From NCBI GenBank assembly GCA_951406725.2, contig OX597839.1:20274001-20338000 (forward strand): 64,000 nt of DNA, in the 5' to 3' direction. Positions within the stretch are counted from its first letter, which is position 1; every line of letters begins with the position of its first letter. The position numbers and the translations under genes are program-made. The stretch is from Octopus vulgaris. Its lineage: Eukaryota. Below, in pieces: positions 45,429-60,838 of the stretch. The notes below the pieces were generated by a model. The model worked only from the letters and a program-made list of their open reading frames with translations. It was not told the DNA's origin and made no database searches.

Positions 45429-45659
45429 GGCGACGAGCTGGCAGAAACGTTAGCGCGCCGGGCGAAATGCTTAGCGGTATTTCGTCTGACGTTACGTTCT
45501 GAGTTCAAATTCCGCCGTGGCAGACTTTGCCTTTCATCCTTTCGGGGTCGATAAATTAAGTACCAGTTACGCACTGGGGTCGATGTAATCGACTTAATAC
45601 CTATGTCTGTCCTTGTTTGTCCCCTCTATGTTTAGCCCCTTGTGGATAGTAAAGAAATA
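45429..45659 (+). mobile_element. SINE family 2, full-length monomer
   Basis: ggcgacgagctggcagaaacgttagc..gagttcaaattcc..agtaaagaaata. Confidence 0.9.
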
Positions 45660-47023
45660 TATATTTCTTTTTCTTTTTTCATTTTACTAACTTCAGCTCG
45701 AGAGCTGCAGCCATGCTGGGGCGTCTACGTTTGAACTGCAACTCCGAGTTTCACTTTGCCTATTACTTGCACAACTAAATTAAATTCCAGTCTGGGTATC
45801 ATTAACATTTTAAATTTAACCGTAGATTTAGACATTGATATATGCTGCCCTGGGGTGAAGCTTAAGAAAAGCTATAAAATATTCTTATAAGTATCAACTA
45901 CCCTATCATAATACATAAAAAATTTTATTTAATACCAAGTGCACATCCATTTTATTTTCTTACGAACACGCCATTAACGGAGCTCTCATAAACATTAACT
46001 GCATTTTCAGTTTATAGTCTGACGAGGACGCCTTAAAGTCAGCTCTCATTATTAAAATGCCGTATTAAGATACAGTGGCTTCGAAGATGGTCTACAAGAA
46101 TTGATATAGAATAACACTTTTTCACAGCTACAAAAATATTCGTAACTACAAAATTAGGAAATGAAATATTATATGCCCCCTATAGTACAAATGCTCATTC
46201 AAACGTTGCCAGGAATTTTGTAACGTTATAAATAAGCATTTCCCTATAGACCATAGATATCGTAAGATATTTATTAAAAATAAAGTTAAGGTGAGCTAAT
46301 GTTGTACAGAAAATGTCTATGCTTTCATGGTAAACAGTAATAAAATTATTGCAGTAAAAACCATGGAAAACAGTTCCCCGTGTAATTCCAACAAGCCATA
46401 TATGTTCTTCTCAGTACCATGTGTATTAGTAAATCAAGGTTTTCGAGATAATATTTCTTTTGCAAATAACAGTGAAAGAAAAGAACGTCGAAACAAAATG
46501 TTATTTAGAGCTTGCTGAAAATCCATTTAGAATTTTGCAGTATATGTATACATTTAGACACAAAGAAAAACTTAATTCAACAGCACTCTCCAAATATGTC
46601 TGGTATTTAAAAGGTTAGTATTAAGAATAAGATTGATTGCTCTAATACAGGACACGTGTGTTCTCACATTAAATATTCAAGAAGTGGCAATAACATACTG
46701 GTGCAGCCTTTTTATATGAATTCGTCCAAGAGCTAGTTTGGAACAACATTGCTTCTAAGTTTATGAAAACCTAACGGTCAAAATATTTGCCCACAACAAA
46801 ACAGATAGAGACGTAACTAGTGACTTAGAAGTTAAACGGTCGAAAATCTTGTGGTGGAAAAGTGTGAAAGAATTCAACCAGACTATTAGCAACAACACAA
46901 AAGTTCAATGATATTATTGTAATAGTCTGTAAAGGTCTAGAAACGTCGAATATGGATGTATGGATTTAGGAACGTTATTGCTCCATTGTTCAAGAGAGAA
47001 CATGAATATATTTATGTATTTAA

Positions 47024-47206
<183 letters not shown>

Positions 47207-47394
47207 TAAATATGTGTGTATATATATGTATATGTGTGTGTGTATATATAGATATATATACATACATACATACATACATGCATACATGCATACATACATA
47301 CATACATACATACATACATACATACATACATACATACATACATACATACATACACACATACATACATACATATATGATTGACCGCTAACTCCAA

Positions 47395-47562
47395 AAGTGT
47401 TTTCTTTTTATTTTCTCTGATTATTTCCTCGTGTTTCATTCTGTTGAAGAGCATAGGCTCGAAACATGAAATATTTCCTCACCATCCTGAGCATCAAACT
47501 AATACAGCTGTTTGTTGTTTATACACCTGAATTCGTCTCTTGTTTTTCTGTAAATTTCAACT
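47395..47562 (+). mobile_element. Penelope-like terminal-repeat fragment with a degenerate hammerhead motif
   Basis: ctgttgaa-gagc-atag-gctc-gaaac at 47441-47465; followed by (TA)n. Confidence 0.55.
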
Positions 47563-47598
47563 ATATATATATACACCCCTATTTGACCATCTCACATC

Positions 47599-47646
47599 GT
47601 CTCTGATGAAGGGATATCCATAATATCCCAGAAACAGCTGTAAGAC
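47599..47646 (+). ncRNA. Minimal type I hammerhead ribozyme motif (Penelope-type)
   Basis: GUCU-CUGAUGA-A-GGGAUAU-CCAUA-AUAUCCC-A-GAAA-CAGCUG-UA-AGAC: 4-bp stem I, 7-bp stem II, palindromic ACAGCUGU in place of stem III, GUA site. Confidence 0.75.
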
Positions 47647-49195
47647 TATATCTATATCACTTTCGTTATATATGTCCTGAAAACTCTTCACAGCCTTGGC
47701 TTTGTTATCTATTTATGTCTAATATATATTATATGCATGTATGTATGTATGTATATATATGGAATTTTGAATTTAGTTTCACCGACCCCAGGTTTGGAAC
47801 CACTGATGTATAGTGTCCTCTGAAGGCGGTGCTATGAATTTAGCCATGGCCTGGACCGTTTCTGGTCAAGACCTGTCTGATTATCGCCGTATACTTATAT
47901 ACTTAAATACGCATATAAATTACTTGTTGCTTTTAGTGTTCTTCAAAACTCGTTACGTCCATATTCGGAACGTGGCAGGTTTATCGGTGACGAAACGGAG
48001 AAAAGTGAGCCAGACACAAAGCTAAATGATAATTTCTGCAACGGAAATAAAATAAGACCTGTTTAAGAACAAAAATGCAGAACAAAAAAAGAAGACATTT
48101 TCCAAATTCTTTAAATAGACAGGTGGACGGTTTTGTTTTCGTTTAAGCTTTCGTTTTGGTGTCGGTAATTTAGAATAATACACGGAATAATATGAGTGTA
48201 TGTGTGTATGTTTTTGTATGTATTTGTATGTGTGTATGTGTGTTTGTATGGATTTGTATGTGTGTGTATGTGTTGTGTGTGTTCTATGGGCGTCTGTGTG
48301 AGTGTGTGTGAATGTGCGTGTATGTTGTGTATGTGCTTCGGTTTCTATATATGTGTGTGTGTGTCTCATGAGTGTGTGTTGCGTGTGTATATGTTGTGTG
48401 TGTTCTATGTGTGTGTTTGTGTTTGGATGGATTTGTATGTGTGTGTATATGTTGTGTGTGTTCTATGAACGTCCGTGTGAGTGTGTGTGTATGTGCGTGT
48501 GTGTTGTGTATGTGTTTCGGTTTCTATATGTGTGTGTGTGTCTTGTGTGTGTGTGTGTACGTGTGTGTTTGTGTGCTTCTGTGCATGTTTATGTTTGTGC
48601 GTGATGATGTGTATGTGTGTGTGTGTGTGTTTGTTTGAATATATTTCTGTTTATGTGGATGTGTTTGCATATGTGTATGTGTGTGAATGCCTTTGCGTAT
48701 TTCTGAGTGTGTGTGTGTGTGTGTGTTTGTATGTGAACCTGTTTATGTTTGAGTGTGTTTATCTGTGTATTGGCATGTATATCTGTGTGTGCGTTTGTGT
48801 GTGTGTGCGTTTGTGTGTGTGTGTGTGAGTGTGTGCGTTTGTGTGTCTGTGTGTGTGCATTTGTTTATATATGTGCGCGTGAGTGTGCGCGCGTGTGTGT
48901 TTGTTTGTGTATCTGTGTGTATACTTATGTATGTATGTATGTATGTGTGTATGTATGTATGTATATTTGTGTTAATGTGTGCGTGTGTGTTTGTGTGTCT
49001 GTGTATATACGTGTGTATGTGTGTGTGTGTGTGTGTGTGTCTGTATATGTGTCTGCGTGTGTGTGTGTGTGTGTCTCAGTCGAAGCCGACTTTTTGCTAT
49101 AAATAAATATATTTCCGTGTTACAAACAAGAATTTATTCAAACTGCAACTAAAGAAACCGGGGAAAAAAGTAGATTCTCCAACCAATTGGAATAT

Positions 49196-49242
<47 letters not shown>

Positions 49243-49798
49243 TTCACACACACTTTCACACAAACACTTTCACACACATATACACAAATATACATAGGTA
49301 CGTACATACACACAAATACAGACACGCACACACACACACACACACACAAATACAGACACATAGGAACACACGCCCACACATACATACACACAGACACGCA
49401 CACACAGACGCAGTGTCCCACGCACGCACACATACACACGCACTCAAACTCTCACACACAAACGCAGACACATGGAAATACGCTCACATACATTGGTGCA
49501 CACACACACACAAACGCACAGAGAAACACACACATACAAACATATATACATACATATGTGTGTGTGTATTTGTGTGTGTGTGTGTGTGTGCGCGCGCCCG
49601 TGTATGTGTGCGCGCCCGTGTATGTGTGTCGGATGTGTGTGTATGTGTGTGCGTCCGTATTTGCATGTGCGTGCGTGCGTGTGTGCGTGCGTGCATGTGT
49701 GTGTATGTGTGGGTGTGTGTAAGAGAGAGTGGAGGTTGGTACACATGCACATTTCACCAGACAGACAGACAGACAGACAGACAGATAGACAGACAGAC

Positions 49799-49829
<31 letters not shown>

Positions 49830-49884
49830 TACAAACAGACAGACACAGACACACAGACACACAAACAGACAGACAGACAGACAA

Positions 49885-49947
<63 letters not shown>

Positions 49948-49990
49948 CACAGACACACAGACACACAAACAGACAGACAGACAGACAGAC

Positions 49991-50045
<55 letters not shown>

Positions 50046-50228
50046 AAGACAGGTAGATAGATAGATAGATAAAGAGAGAGAGAGAGGGAGGGAGGGAAAG
50101 GGAGAAAGAGAAAGGGATAGATGTTACAAAGGCAGATAAATAAACAGTTTATAAAATACTGAGAGAGAGAAAGACACACACACACACACATATATATATA
50201 TATGTGTGTGTGTGTATATATATATATG

Positions 50229-50294
<66 letters not shown>

Positions 50295-50747
50295 ACGATA
50301 TATTAATAGAGTGGTCTGAGAGTGAGACAGAGGCAGAGAGAGAGGGAGAGAGGAGGAGGAGACAGGAAAATATATAGAGAGACAGACAGACAGACAGACA
50401 GACAGGCAGACAGACTAAGCGAGTGAGAGAATCATTAGAAAGTCAGAACTGTTTATAAATAGCGAGATATTGAGAGCGAGAGAGGGTGTGTGTGTGCGTG
50501 TGTGCGTGAAGATAAGAATGTACGCCTTACAGACGATATTAATGATACGGACACGGATGTTATGTAAATAGATTTAAAAATAAATCAGACATGGACAGGA
50601 AAAAAAAGAAAGAAAGAAATAATAAAAAGATGTCGCGACCAACTGTTGCCCTCATATAGACACACATGCGCACATGTGCACACATAGGTAGGTAGATAGA
50701 TAGATAGATGGATATACAGAAAGACAGACAGATAAATAGATAGATAT

Positions 50748-50972
50748 GTTTCTTTGTTAGCCACACAGGGCTGCTGCTCACAGACGGGACAAATTACAAG
50801 GTAGAGTTTTTCTTTTTTGGAGGATAAAAAAAGGGGTTTGGTTTTCGATCAAAAGGGATCGTAAAAAGGAAAGAAAGAGGAACGCAAAAAAAAGAAGAAA
50901 AACGAAAAGAAAAAAAAGGAAAAAAAGAAAAGGAAAAAAGAAAAAGGAAAAATCGATTAATAGGGATCGTGT
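50748..50972 (-). mobile_element. Tx1-family 3' UTR fragment
   Basis: Same terminus; GATA repeats on both sides. Confidence 0.8.
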
Positions 50973-51042
<70 letters not shown>

Positions 51043-51044
<2 letters not shown>

Positions 51045-51157
51045 GTTTCTTTATTGGCCACACAGGGCTGCACACAGATGGGAAAAGTTACAAGGTAGAG
51101 CTTTTCTTTTGGGGATGAAAAAAAAAATTTTTTTTAAATAAAAAAATAAAAAAAAAG
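51043..51157 (-). mobile_element. Tx1-family 3' UTR fragment
   Basis: Same terminus; (GATA)n on both sides. Confidence 0.85.
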
Positions 51158-51668
51158 ATAGATAGATAGATAGATAGGTAGATAGATAGATAGATATATG
51201 CATGCATACATGCATGCATACATGCATGCATGCATACATACATACATGCATACGTACACACATACATACATGCATACATACATACATATATACATACATA
51301 CATACATACATACATACATACATACATACATACAAGGATATTTAAGTGGATGGACAAATGGATTGATGGGTACATAAAAAGATGGACAGCCAAACAGTCA
51401 GATTATATGAGCATATACTCATAACACCCTACATGAGATCAGGAAAAAAAGGGTTGAAGATTCCATGTTTATTGGTATTATACGAGATTGCTCTGGAATG
51501 GAACACGAATCTGTTATGGTTGTTATATTTCTTGAAAGTAATATGTCTAGAAAGATTTTCTCTTGACTACACTTCGGAGACACCAACTAAGGTTATTCTG
51601 GATGTTTTTTTTGTTGCATAAACATTGAGATTTCGAAATTATGCCGCTTTGACTTTGATGGCGCATGT

Positions 51669-52110
51669 ACCTATTTCTTTATTGCCCATAAGGGGCTAAA
51701 CACAGAGAGCACAAACAAGGACAGACATAGGTATTAAGTCGATTACATCGACCCCAGTGCGTAACTGGTACTTAATTTATCGACCCCGAAAGGATGAAAG
51801 GCAAAGTCGACCTCGGCGGAATTTGAACTCACAGCGTAACGACAGACGAAATACGGCTACACATTTCGCCCGGCGTGCTAACGTTTCTGCCAGCTCACCG
51901 ATTATGTACCTATTTCTTTATTACCCACAAGGGCTAAACATAGAGGGGACAAACAAGGACAGACATAGGTATTAAGTCAATTACATCGACCCCAGTGCGG
52001 AACTGGTACTTAATTTATCGACCCCGAAAGGATGAAAGGCAAAGTCGACCTCAGCGGAATTTGAACTCAGAACGTAACGACAGACGAAATACGGTTACGC
52101 ATTTCGCCCA
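51669..52110 (-). mobile_element. Two tandem SINE family 2 copies
   Basis: Body motif twice, each preceded by atgtacctatttctttatt. Confidence 0.85.
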
Positions 52111-52214
52111 AAACATTTCAGGTAAGACATTTAAGCAAGAGATTAAAAGACATGTTTCTTGGTATATATTTTGTACACTGCGGAAATCGCTCTCTGGACC
52201 TTGTGCTCTAAAAA

Positions 52215-52510
52215 GTTACCTTGCCCACTGATGCATTGGAATTAATTCGCCAAATCACCATTCTTCTGAGAGCGCTATGTAAATGCCTTCGTGATGAAAA
52301 TGTCATCTCGTTCCAAGCCTGTTTCTGTTGTGTCAAGCGGGAGAATGTTCAGCACATTTTCCTGTTTGAAGACCAGACTTCGCGCCACAATGACACAAAA
52401 CCGTCTGACACACAGTGCCGCAATATATATACATAAAATCTTGTGCAGTGAAAACACTTTGTAAAAATTGCATCGCCAAAATGAGCGAGTTACAAAAATT
52501 TTTGGAATGA
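52215..52510 (+). pseudogene. hAT transposase remnant, C-terminal dimerization domain
   Basis: 52318-52437 reads PVSVVSSGRMFSTFSCLKTRLRATMTQNRLTHSAAIYIHK, matching the hATC consensus PVxxASxERxFSxLxxLKTxLRSTMxQxRLxxLxxxxIH. Outer boundaries are approximate. Confidence 0.75.
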
Positions 52511-53193
52511 TTTGAAGTATTATTTTTCCATGGAAAAATTTCCAAGTAAAATTTTTTTTTTTAATTTTTAATATTTCTGTTCTTTTTGTAAAATCTCAGA
52601 AAATAATTAAAAATTCACATTTTTCATCAAATTATTTTGTTATATTTGTCAAATTATTTTGTTATATTTTTCCATGTATAATAATAAAAAAAATATCGCC
52701 ATCACAACTGCCATACACACACCATTCAGACTTCTAACACCACCACCATCAATACCTTTGACTTCCCTGCCTTCCCCTCCATCACCATCACCACTGCCTT
52801 TCACATCCGTTACTATCACCGTCATGCTTGATCGCCTCAGCACCATCACCATCACCATCACCATCACCACCATCATCACCGTCACCTTCGCCTCTATCAC
52901 AACTACAGCTCATACTATTACTATCACCTCATTACCATCTCAACTGTCAACCTACTACCAACCTCACCGTCTCTATGGCTACTATTACTCTCACCCCAAC
53001 ATGAGGAATAGTAGAAATGCCATTCAATAATGAGAGAGAGGGGTCAAAGTGTGATACACTGACACACAGAAATTCGATTGGCATTTATTATTATGGATTA
53101 TGTACTGATCCGTGATAGAAAATTCAACAAAAAAAATGTACAACATCATATGAAACCATAAGTAGCGCTTCAATGCATGCATTGTAACCTTTC

Positions 53194-53224
<31 letters not shown>

Positions 53225-53252
53225 CACGCATCCATATATACATATATACATA

Positions 53253-53414
53253 GGCGCAGGAGTGGCTGTGTGGTAAGTAGCTTGCTAACCAACCACATGG
53301 GTCCGGGTTCAGTCCCACTGCGTGGCATCTTGGGCAAGTGTCTTCTGCTATAGCCCCGGGCCGACCAATGCCTTGTGAGTGGATTTGGTAGACGGAAACT
53401 GAAAGAAGACTGTC

Positions 53415-53486
<72 letters not shown>

Positions 53487-53700
53487 CTGTTTGTGTGTCT
53501 GTGTTTGTCCCCCTAGCATCGCTTGACAACCGATGCTGGTGTGTTTACGTTCCCGTCACTTAGCGGTTCGGCAAAAAGAGACCGATAGAATAAGTACTGG
53601 GCTTACAAAGAATAAGTCCCGGGGTCGATTTGTTCGACTAAAGGCGGTGCTCCAGCATGGCCGCAGTCAAATGACTGAAACAAGTAAAAGAGTAAAAAGA

Positions 53701-53702
<2 letters not shown>
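53253..53702 (+). mobile_element. SINE family 1, full length
   Basis: ggcgcaggagtggctgtgtggtaag..gggttcagtccc..(TA)n(TG)n..caagtaaaagagtaaaaagag. Confidence 0.9.
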
Positions 53703-53732
<30 letters not shown>

Positions 53733-54212
53733 GAATCCATATATACATAAATGCATATATATCTACATACACGCTCACATATACATGGGGGGGGGGTCTT
53801 TGTGCTTCAGGTCCACCCACTAATCACCATTTGACAACCGGTGTTGGTCTGTCTACGTTCTCGCAGTTTTAGCAGTTCAGCAAACGAGATCGATAAAATA
53901 GGCAACAGTCTTTTTTGTTAGTTAGTCTGTTTGTTTTTAAGAAACAAAGCAAAAGAGAAGAGAGAAAAAAGTACTAGGGGTTCGATGTATTCGACCAGAA
54001 ACTCTTTCAGCCGATGTCCCAGTATGGCCGAAATCTAATGACTGAAACCAGTGCAACAATGAAAGAAAAACAAGAGACAACAACTCTGCTTCTCTTTAAA
54101 TATTTTCCACATCTGTCTCAGCTTCTTCTTAGCAGTCTTCATTAACACACTTCCTCCTCTCCGCATCAAATTATCCAGCTGCGTATAAAGGATACATAGA
54201 TATCACTTGATA

Positions 54213-54267
<55 letters not shown>

Positions 54268-54279
54268 ATGAACACAGAG

Positions 54280-54323
<44 letters not shown>

Positions 54324-54327
54324 GATA

Positions 54328-54431
<104 letters not shown>

Positions 54432-54965
54432 AACATGAACACAGAGTAATCAACATACACACAGCGACACACGTATATGTATACACACACACATTTGTAT
54501 AGATACAGACATACACAAATATATGTATGTATGTATGGACGTACAAAGAGTTACGCTGCACTAGGCTCAGCAGACGGTGTTTATTGAGAAAACAAACACC
54601 TTGCAGTGAAACTATCTCACCAACAGAGCTTGGTCTGTGGCGAAGTGAGATAGAGACAGACGGAAGGTGGAAGGGGAGGAGCAGGAGGAGGAGAGGAAAG
54701 GTGGAGCCGTTCGCAGAGCTCTTGAGGTTCTTGGGGCTTTTTGTTTTTGTTTTTGTTTTGTTTTTGTTTTGTTTTAGTTTTGCTTTTTTTGGTGGTGTTT
54801 ATTGTGATTTTATTCCGTTTCTGTACACAGACGTCACAGGTGAGTTACATGCGAGCAACGTTGTATTTATGTATACGAAACTATGTCTTGCGGTTGTGCG
54901 GGAGTACAATACACATATACAAGCATGTGTGTGGGGGTATGTGTGTGTGTGCGCGTGTGTGATAC

Positions 54966-55028
<63 letters not shown>

Positions 55029-55155
55029 TATACATACACATGTGTATGTATGTATACATATATAAACATAGGAATGTGGGTATAATATATATATACATAC
55101 GTCTTTGTATATATATATATGTGTGTGTGTGTGTATGCATGTAAGTATATATGTA

Positions 55156-55188
<33 letters not shown>

Positions 55189-55193
55189 GTGTA

Positions 55194-55224
<31 letters not shown>

Positions 55225-55255
55225 GTATATATGTATGCATATATGTATGCATATA

Positions 55256-55298
<43 letters not shown>

Positions 55299-55500
55299 CA
55301 GACAACATGAAATACGAAAACGAAGGGATAGAATACGCAAACAATAAGAGAAACAAATGGAAAACAGGACAAGTAACATAAAGAACGACCCTTCATCAGT
55401 TGCTGGTTGGTTATCCAATACTCATTTCAATTAAAGCATTGTGAGTGGATTTGGTTGACAGAAACTGAAAGAAGTCCGAAGTGTATGTGTGTGTGGCGGA

Positions 55501-55568
<68 letters not shown>

Positions 55569-55644
55569 TAGACAGACAGACACAGACACAGACAAAGAAA
55601 GAGAGATAGTGTGTCTTTGTGTGTGTGTTTGTCTCTCACTATCT

Positions 55645-55845
55645 GTTTCTTTACTACCCACAAGGGGCTAAACACAGAGGGGACAAACAAGGACAGACAA
55701 AGGGATTAAGTCAATTACATCGACCCCAGTGCGTAACTGGTACTTTATTTATCGACCCCCAAAGGATGAAAGGCAAAGTCGACCTCGGCGGAATTTGAAC
55801 TTAGAACGTAACGGCAGACGATATACGGCTACGCATTTCGCCCAG
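55645..55845 (-). mobile_element. SINE family 2 copy inserted in a family 1 copy; tandem family 1 tails follow (55860-56302)
   Basis: Family motifs visible; gctggtgtgtttacgt is repeated several times. Confidence 0.75.
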
Positions 55846-56465
55846 CTATCCGCCTGACAATGGATACTGGTGTGTTTATGTCCACGTAACTTAGCGCTTC
55901 GGCAAATAACTACTACCGATGCTGGTGTGTTTACGTGTTTACGTCTTTACCGATGGTGGTGCGTTGACCACCGATGCTGGTGTGTTTACGTCCCCCGTAA
56001 CTAAGCGGTTCGGCAAAATAGACCGATAGCATAAGTATTAGGCTTACAAAGAATAAGTCCCGGAGGTCGATTTACTCGACTAAAAGGCGGTGCTCCAGCA
56101 TGGCCACAGTCAAATGACTGAAACAAGTAAAAGAGTGGTTTCGAGACGCGTACTACATATGCTGGTGTGTTTACGTCCCCGTAACTTGGCGGTTCAGCAA
56201 AATAGACCGATAGAATAAGTACTAGGCTTACAAAGAATAAGTCCCGGGGGTCGATTTGCTCGACTAAAGGCGTTGCTCCAGCATGGCCACAGTCAAATGA
56301 CTGTAAGGGAGTTTCGAGACGCGACTAGACGTTACTGCACAAACGATTGAAGAAAGAAGATGGGACGATTTGAGAAAAAGAAAAAGAAAAAAAAAACAGA
56401 GAGAGATCGGTGAGAAGAGAGAAACACACAAACAAGCAGGAACAATATTTAGCAAGGACAAAGAG

Positions 56466-56498
<33 letters not shown>

Positions 56499-56703
56499 GA
56501 GGTCTGTATGTATTCTACGTATAGCGAGACAAAGTCATGGAGATAAGTACACGAAGAAGACAATAGGTGCAATCAGTACAAGGATGTTATCAAATATTTC
56601 GCATTGGCAATATTTACCTGCCGTGAGATTCCTAATTAACCGGGATGTGTGTGACAACATATACCTAAGTATATACACACTTGTACAGGTGTCAACATAT
56701 AGC

Positions 56704-56738
<35 letters not shown>

Positions 56739-56805
56739 GTATATGTATACATATATATATATATGCATATATATATAAACACACACACAAATATGTATGT
56801 ATACA

Positions 56806-56843
<38 letters not shown>

Positions 56844-56950
56844 TGTAAACAACAGTGTAAACAGTGATGTATATATTTAGATTTATGAAACTATATGTGT
56901 ATATGTAAGTACACACATATATATATTTACATGTGTAAATATATATATGG

Positions 56951-56992
<42 letters not shown>

Positions 56993-57213
56993 ACATATAA
57001 ACAAATATATATATATATGTGTGTGTGTATCTATATATATATGTATATGTATATATAAATATATCTAAAGAGATACGTTTATAGGTATATATTTCTGTAT
57101 GTATATACATATTCTGTTAGCGTGAGTGTGTGTGTGTGTACACACACACACACACACATAATATACCTATGTATATATGTAGATTATACGATAAACACAG
57201 ATACCACATAAAT

Positions 57214-57264
<51 letters not shown>

Positions 57265-57318
57265 GTATGTACATATGTGTGTCTCTGTCTGTGATTGTGT
57301 GTCTTTGTGCATACACGC

Positions 57319-57370
<52 letters not shown>

Positions 57371-57401
57371 TCATACATACGTATATATATGTGTGTATGT
57401 A

Positions 57402-57440
<39 letters not shown>

Positions 57441-57932
57441 TCATAATATACTAATATATATAAATATATGTATATGATGTACTATAAAAATATATATGTT
57501 AGTATATAACACACACACAAACACACACACCACACACACACACATACATACATAAGCTGACAGTGTTTATCTAGTCTACTTAGAAAACAATACGAAATTC
57601 TGTCAAATCTTCTCTTCGTCGGCCATCTTCTTTCCTCTCCATCCCTTGTCGTGATTTCTGTATTGTTTATCAACAGCCGCCTGTCTACTCACGGATTGAA
57701 GTCAGGAATTAAACGTAACCTCAATGGTGTCTAATGCGAGTTTATTGTTCATCCGTTTTGTAGTTGTGCTTATTACAAATTTGTTTGTTGTTGTGACTTT
57801 TGTTGCTATTAAAAATTCCCCAACCTAATGCACCTTCTTCAACGACCTTTCTAGTGTCCATATATATATATTATTCACCATACATACACACACACACACA
57901 CACACGCACACACAAACACACTTGTCATCCTT

Positions 57933-57966
<34 letters not shown>

Positions 57967-58029
57967 TCCTTGTCTTTGAAACTCTCTTGTTTTTAAAAAT
58001 CACGATTCGTCTACCTCTCAACTTCTGTT

Positions 58030-58257
58030 CTTTCAAAATGTGATCTCTTGAGCACCACCAGCAAAAATATTTCTTTCCTCTGTCTTCCCTTCTTGGGATC
58101 TTTCCTTCTCCTTGTTTCCGACGAAGAGCTCCGCTCGAAACGTTAAACCCTCCTTCCCTTCTTTCCTGAGCGTCAAATAATACTTTAATTGTTCCACGTC
58201 CTCGCGTTGCTGTGTTTTTTTCTGTGTTTTCTTGTTTGGATTAACTTTATATATATA
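58030..58257 (+). mobile_element. Penelope-like terminal-repeat fragment with a variant minimal hammerhead (58114-58148)
   Basis: GUUU-CCGACGAA-GAGC-UCC-GCUC-GAAAC-GUU-AAAC; ends at (TA)n. Confidence 0.65.
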
Positions 58258-58571
58258 CAGTACCGGAATAATTATCCGGTAAGCTTCCAAGTGGAAATGT
58301 TCCGGATTTCTGGATTTTCCAGTTTCTGTTCTGAATATATACTTAAATTGTAAAAAAAGCTTTGAAGAGTAAAGAACTAAATAGTATTTAATATACTCAA
58401 ATTAATAAACTTCTACAGCAGGTTATGTTTACAGATACATGAAATAACACGCAATATAAAATTTTTGGTTTATTAGAATTATCTCCGCCACCGAAGGATG
58501 TACCATAATTACCAAACGGCAATTAACGCTATTTCTAATTGAGCGAGGGAGATAACCTCAAGATTCAAGAA

Positions 58572-58825
58572 TTTCTCCAAAGTTGACATGCCGTTAAAAG
58601 GACAAGGAAATACCTGTATGTCTGGAGATAAAACAGCAGTCGTGGAGACACCTGTTTCTGCTTCAGTAGCCGTTATCAGCACGGCCGTTGTCCGATCGAC
58701 CTTTTCTCCAACGTTGACATGCCGTTAAAAGGACAAGGAAATACCTGTGTGTCTGGAGATAAAACAACAGTCGTGGAGACACCTGTTTCTGCTTCAGTTG
58801 TCCGGTCGACCTTATCGCCAACAGC
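58572..58825. repeat. Tandem duplication, period 131 bp
   Basis: gttgacatgccgttaaaaggacaagg at 58582 and 58713. Confidence 0.9.
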
Positions 58826-59306
58826 CAAGGGACATAGACAGAGAACTCAACTCATTCCAGCTTCGCTCAATCAACTTAAAATATATTCTGACTCACTTTT
58901 CACTTTGATAAAACAATAACAATAATAACAAAAAAAAAACACAGCGATAGTCTTGGCAGATGTTCGTACCATTCTCTGTTATGTTGTTTCTTCTTCTTTC
59001 CTATGAAATACGTTGGCACCGTTCTTGGTACAAATTTGTTCGCATGAGCAAAATGTCTAGCAGAAATGACATGCCAGACAGCTTCTTAGATTTATGGCTT
59101 GTCTTCAATACTTCTTCTATGGCTCCTTTACACACATTGGTCAGTAGTCACTTCCTAGGAGACATATTTTTAAACACCCGCTACTATCACCTCTCTTTCT
59201 TCACCCTTCCGTCTCTCTCTCTCTCCATCTCTCTCTCTCTTTCTATCTGTATCTATCTATTTATTTATATAACCATTTATCTATCTATCACCATTTATCA
59301 CTATCC

Positions 59307-59350
<44 letters not shown>

Positions 59351-59447
59351 GGTTGTCTATCTATCTATCTATCTATCTGTCTATCTATCTATTTATCTAT
59401 CTATCTGTCTGTATGTCTTTCTATCTATCTATCTATCAATCTATCTA

Positions 59448-59481
<34 letters not shown>

Positions 59482-59499
59482 AATCTGTCTGCCTCTCTG

Positions 59500-59541
<42 letters not shown>

Positions 59542-59649
59542 CATCTATCTCGTTCTTCCCTTATTCTAGTTGTCCATCAATCTTCCTCAATCTACCTTTA
59601 AGCGTTTCGCCTGTGTATGCATTTCCCTTTCTTTCTTTCTCTCTCTTTT

Positions 59650-59680
<31 letters not shown>

Positions 59681-59723
59681 CTCTTCTTTTTCTTTCTTTC
59701 CTCTTTTTCTTTCTTTGTTTCTT

Positions 59724-59756
<33 letters not shown>

Positions 59757-59872
59757 GTATGTTCTGTGGTATGTGTATTTCTCTTCCATTTTCTTTCTGT
59801 GGTATGTGTATTTCTCTTCCATTTTCTTTCTCACTCTTCATATATCTCCTTCTCTCTCCCCTTACTTTTTCT

Positions 59873-59919
<47 letters not shown>

Positions 59920-60086
59920 CACTCTCTCTTTTTCTCTATCTCTCCTTCTCTTTCTCTGTTCTCTCCCTCTCTCTTCCTCTCTGTATGTTTTGTGGGTATG
60001 TGTGTTTGTCTTCTAGTTTCTTTAGCACCCTTTATCTCTCTCCTCTCTCTCTCCCCTTATTTATTTTTATCTATCTTTATCAATCA

Positions 60087-60147
<61 letters not shown>

Positions 60148-60427
60148 GATCTATCTACCTACCTATCCTCTGATCCACACCCGCAACCATCCATGCCGGC
60201 AGGAAGCAATCTTTTTACCATACAACCACGCATGCGTTTATACATATATACTCTTATACTCTTTTACATATTTCAGTCGTTTGACAGCGGCCATGCGGGA
60301 GCACCGCTTTTAGTCGAGCAAATCGACCCCAGGACTAATTCTTTGTAAGCCTAGTACTTATTCCATCGGTCTCTGTCTCCCTTTGTTTCTCTTTTTCTCC
60401 CTCTCTTTCTCTGTCTCTCTTTCTCTG

Positions 60428-60476
<49 letters not shown>

Positions 60477-60556
60477 TTGCCTCTGTTTTGTGAGCATGTG
60501 TATTTGTTATCTTCGTTCTTCATTATTCTTACCCTCGAACTTTCTGAGTGCGCGCG

Positions 60557-60618
<62 letters not shown>

Positions 60619-60777
60619 GCATAAATGTCTTTACGTTTATCTTTTACTTGTTTAAGTGATTAGAAGCAGATCTTGTTATTTGTTAGTAACTGTTTGATTT
60701 GGCTTCATGCAACTTGGTTTTGTAGACTTGTTATACAACACTTTTAAATTGCATGGAGTTGAATTAAACAGTTATTA

Positions 60778-60838
<61 letters not shown>

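Noticed and set aside
57660-57725. Splice-like signals (caacag acceptor; minus-strand GTGAGT donor)
   Set aside because: Such motifs occur by chance; no partner exon or reading-frame support.
58257-58560. pogo/Tigger-like terminus (TA-CAGTA..ttatccgg)
   Set aside because: No matching second TIR or transposase motif found.
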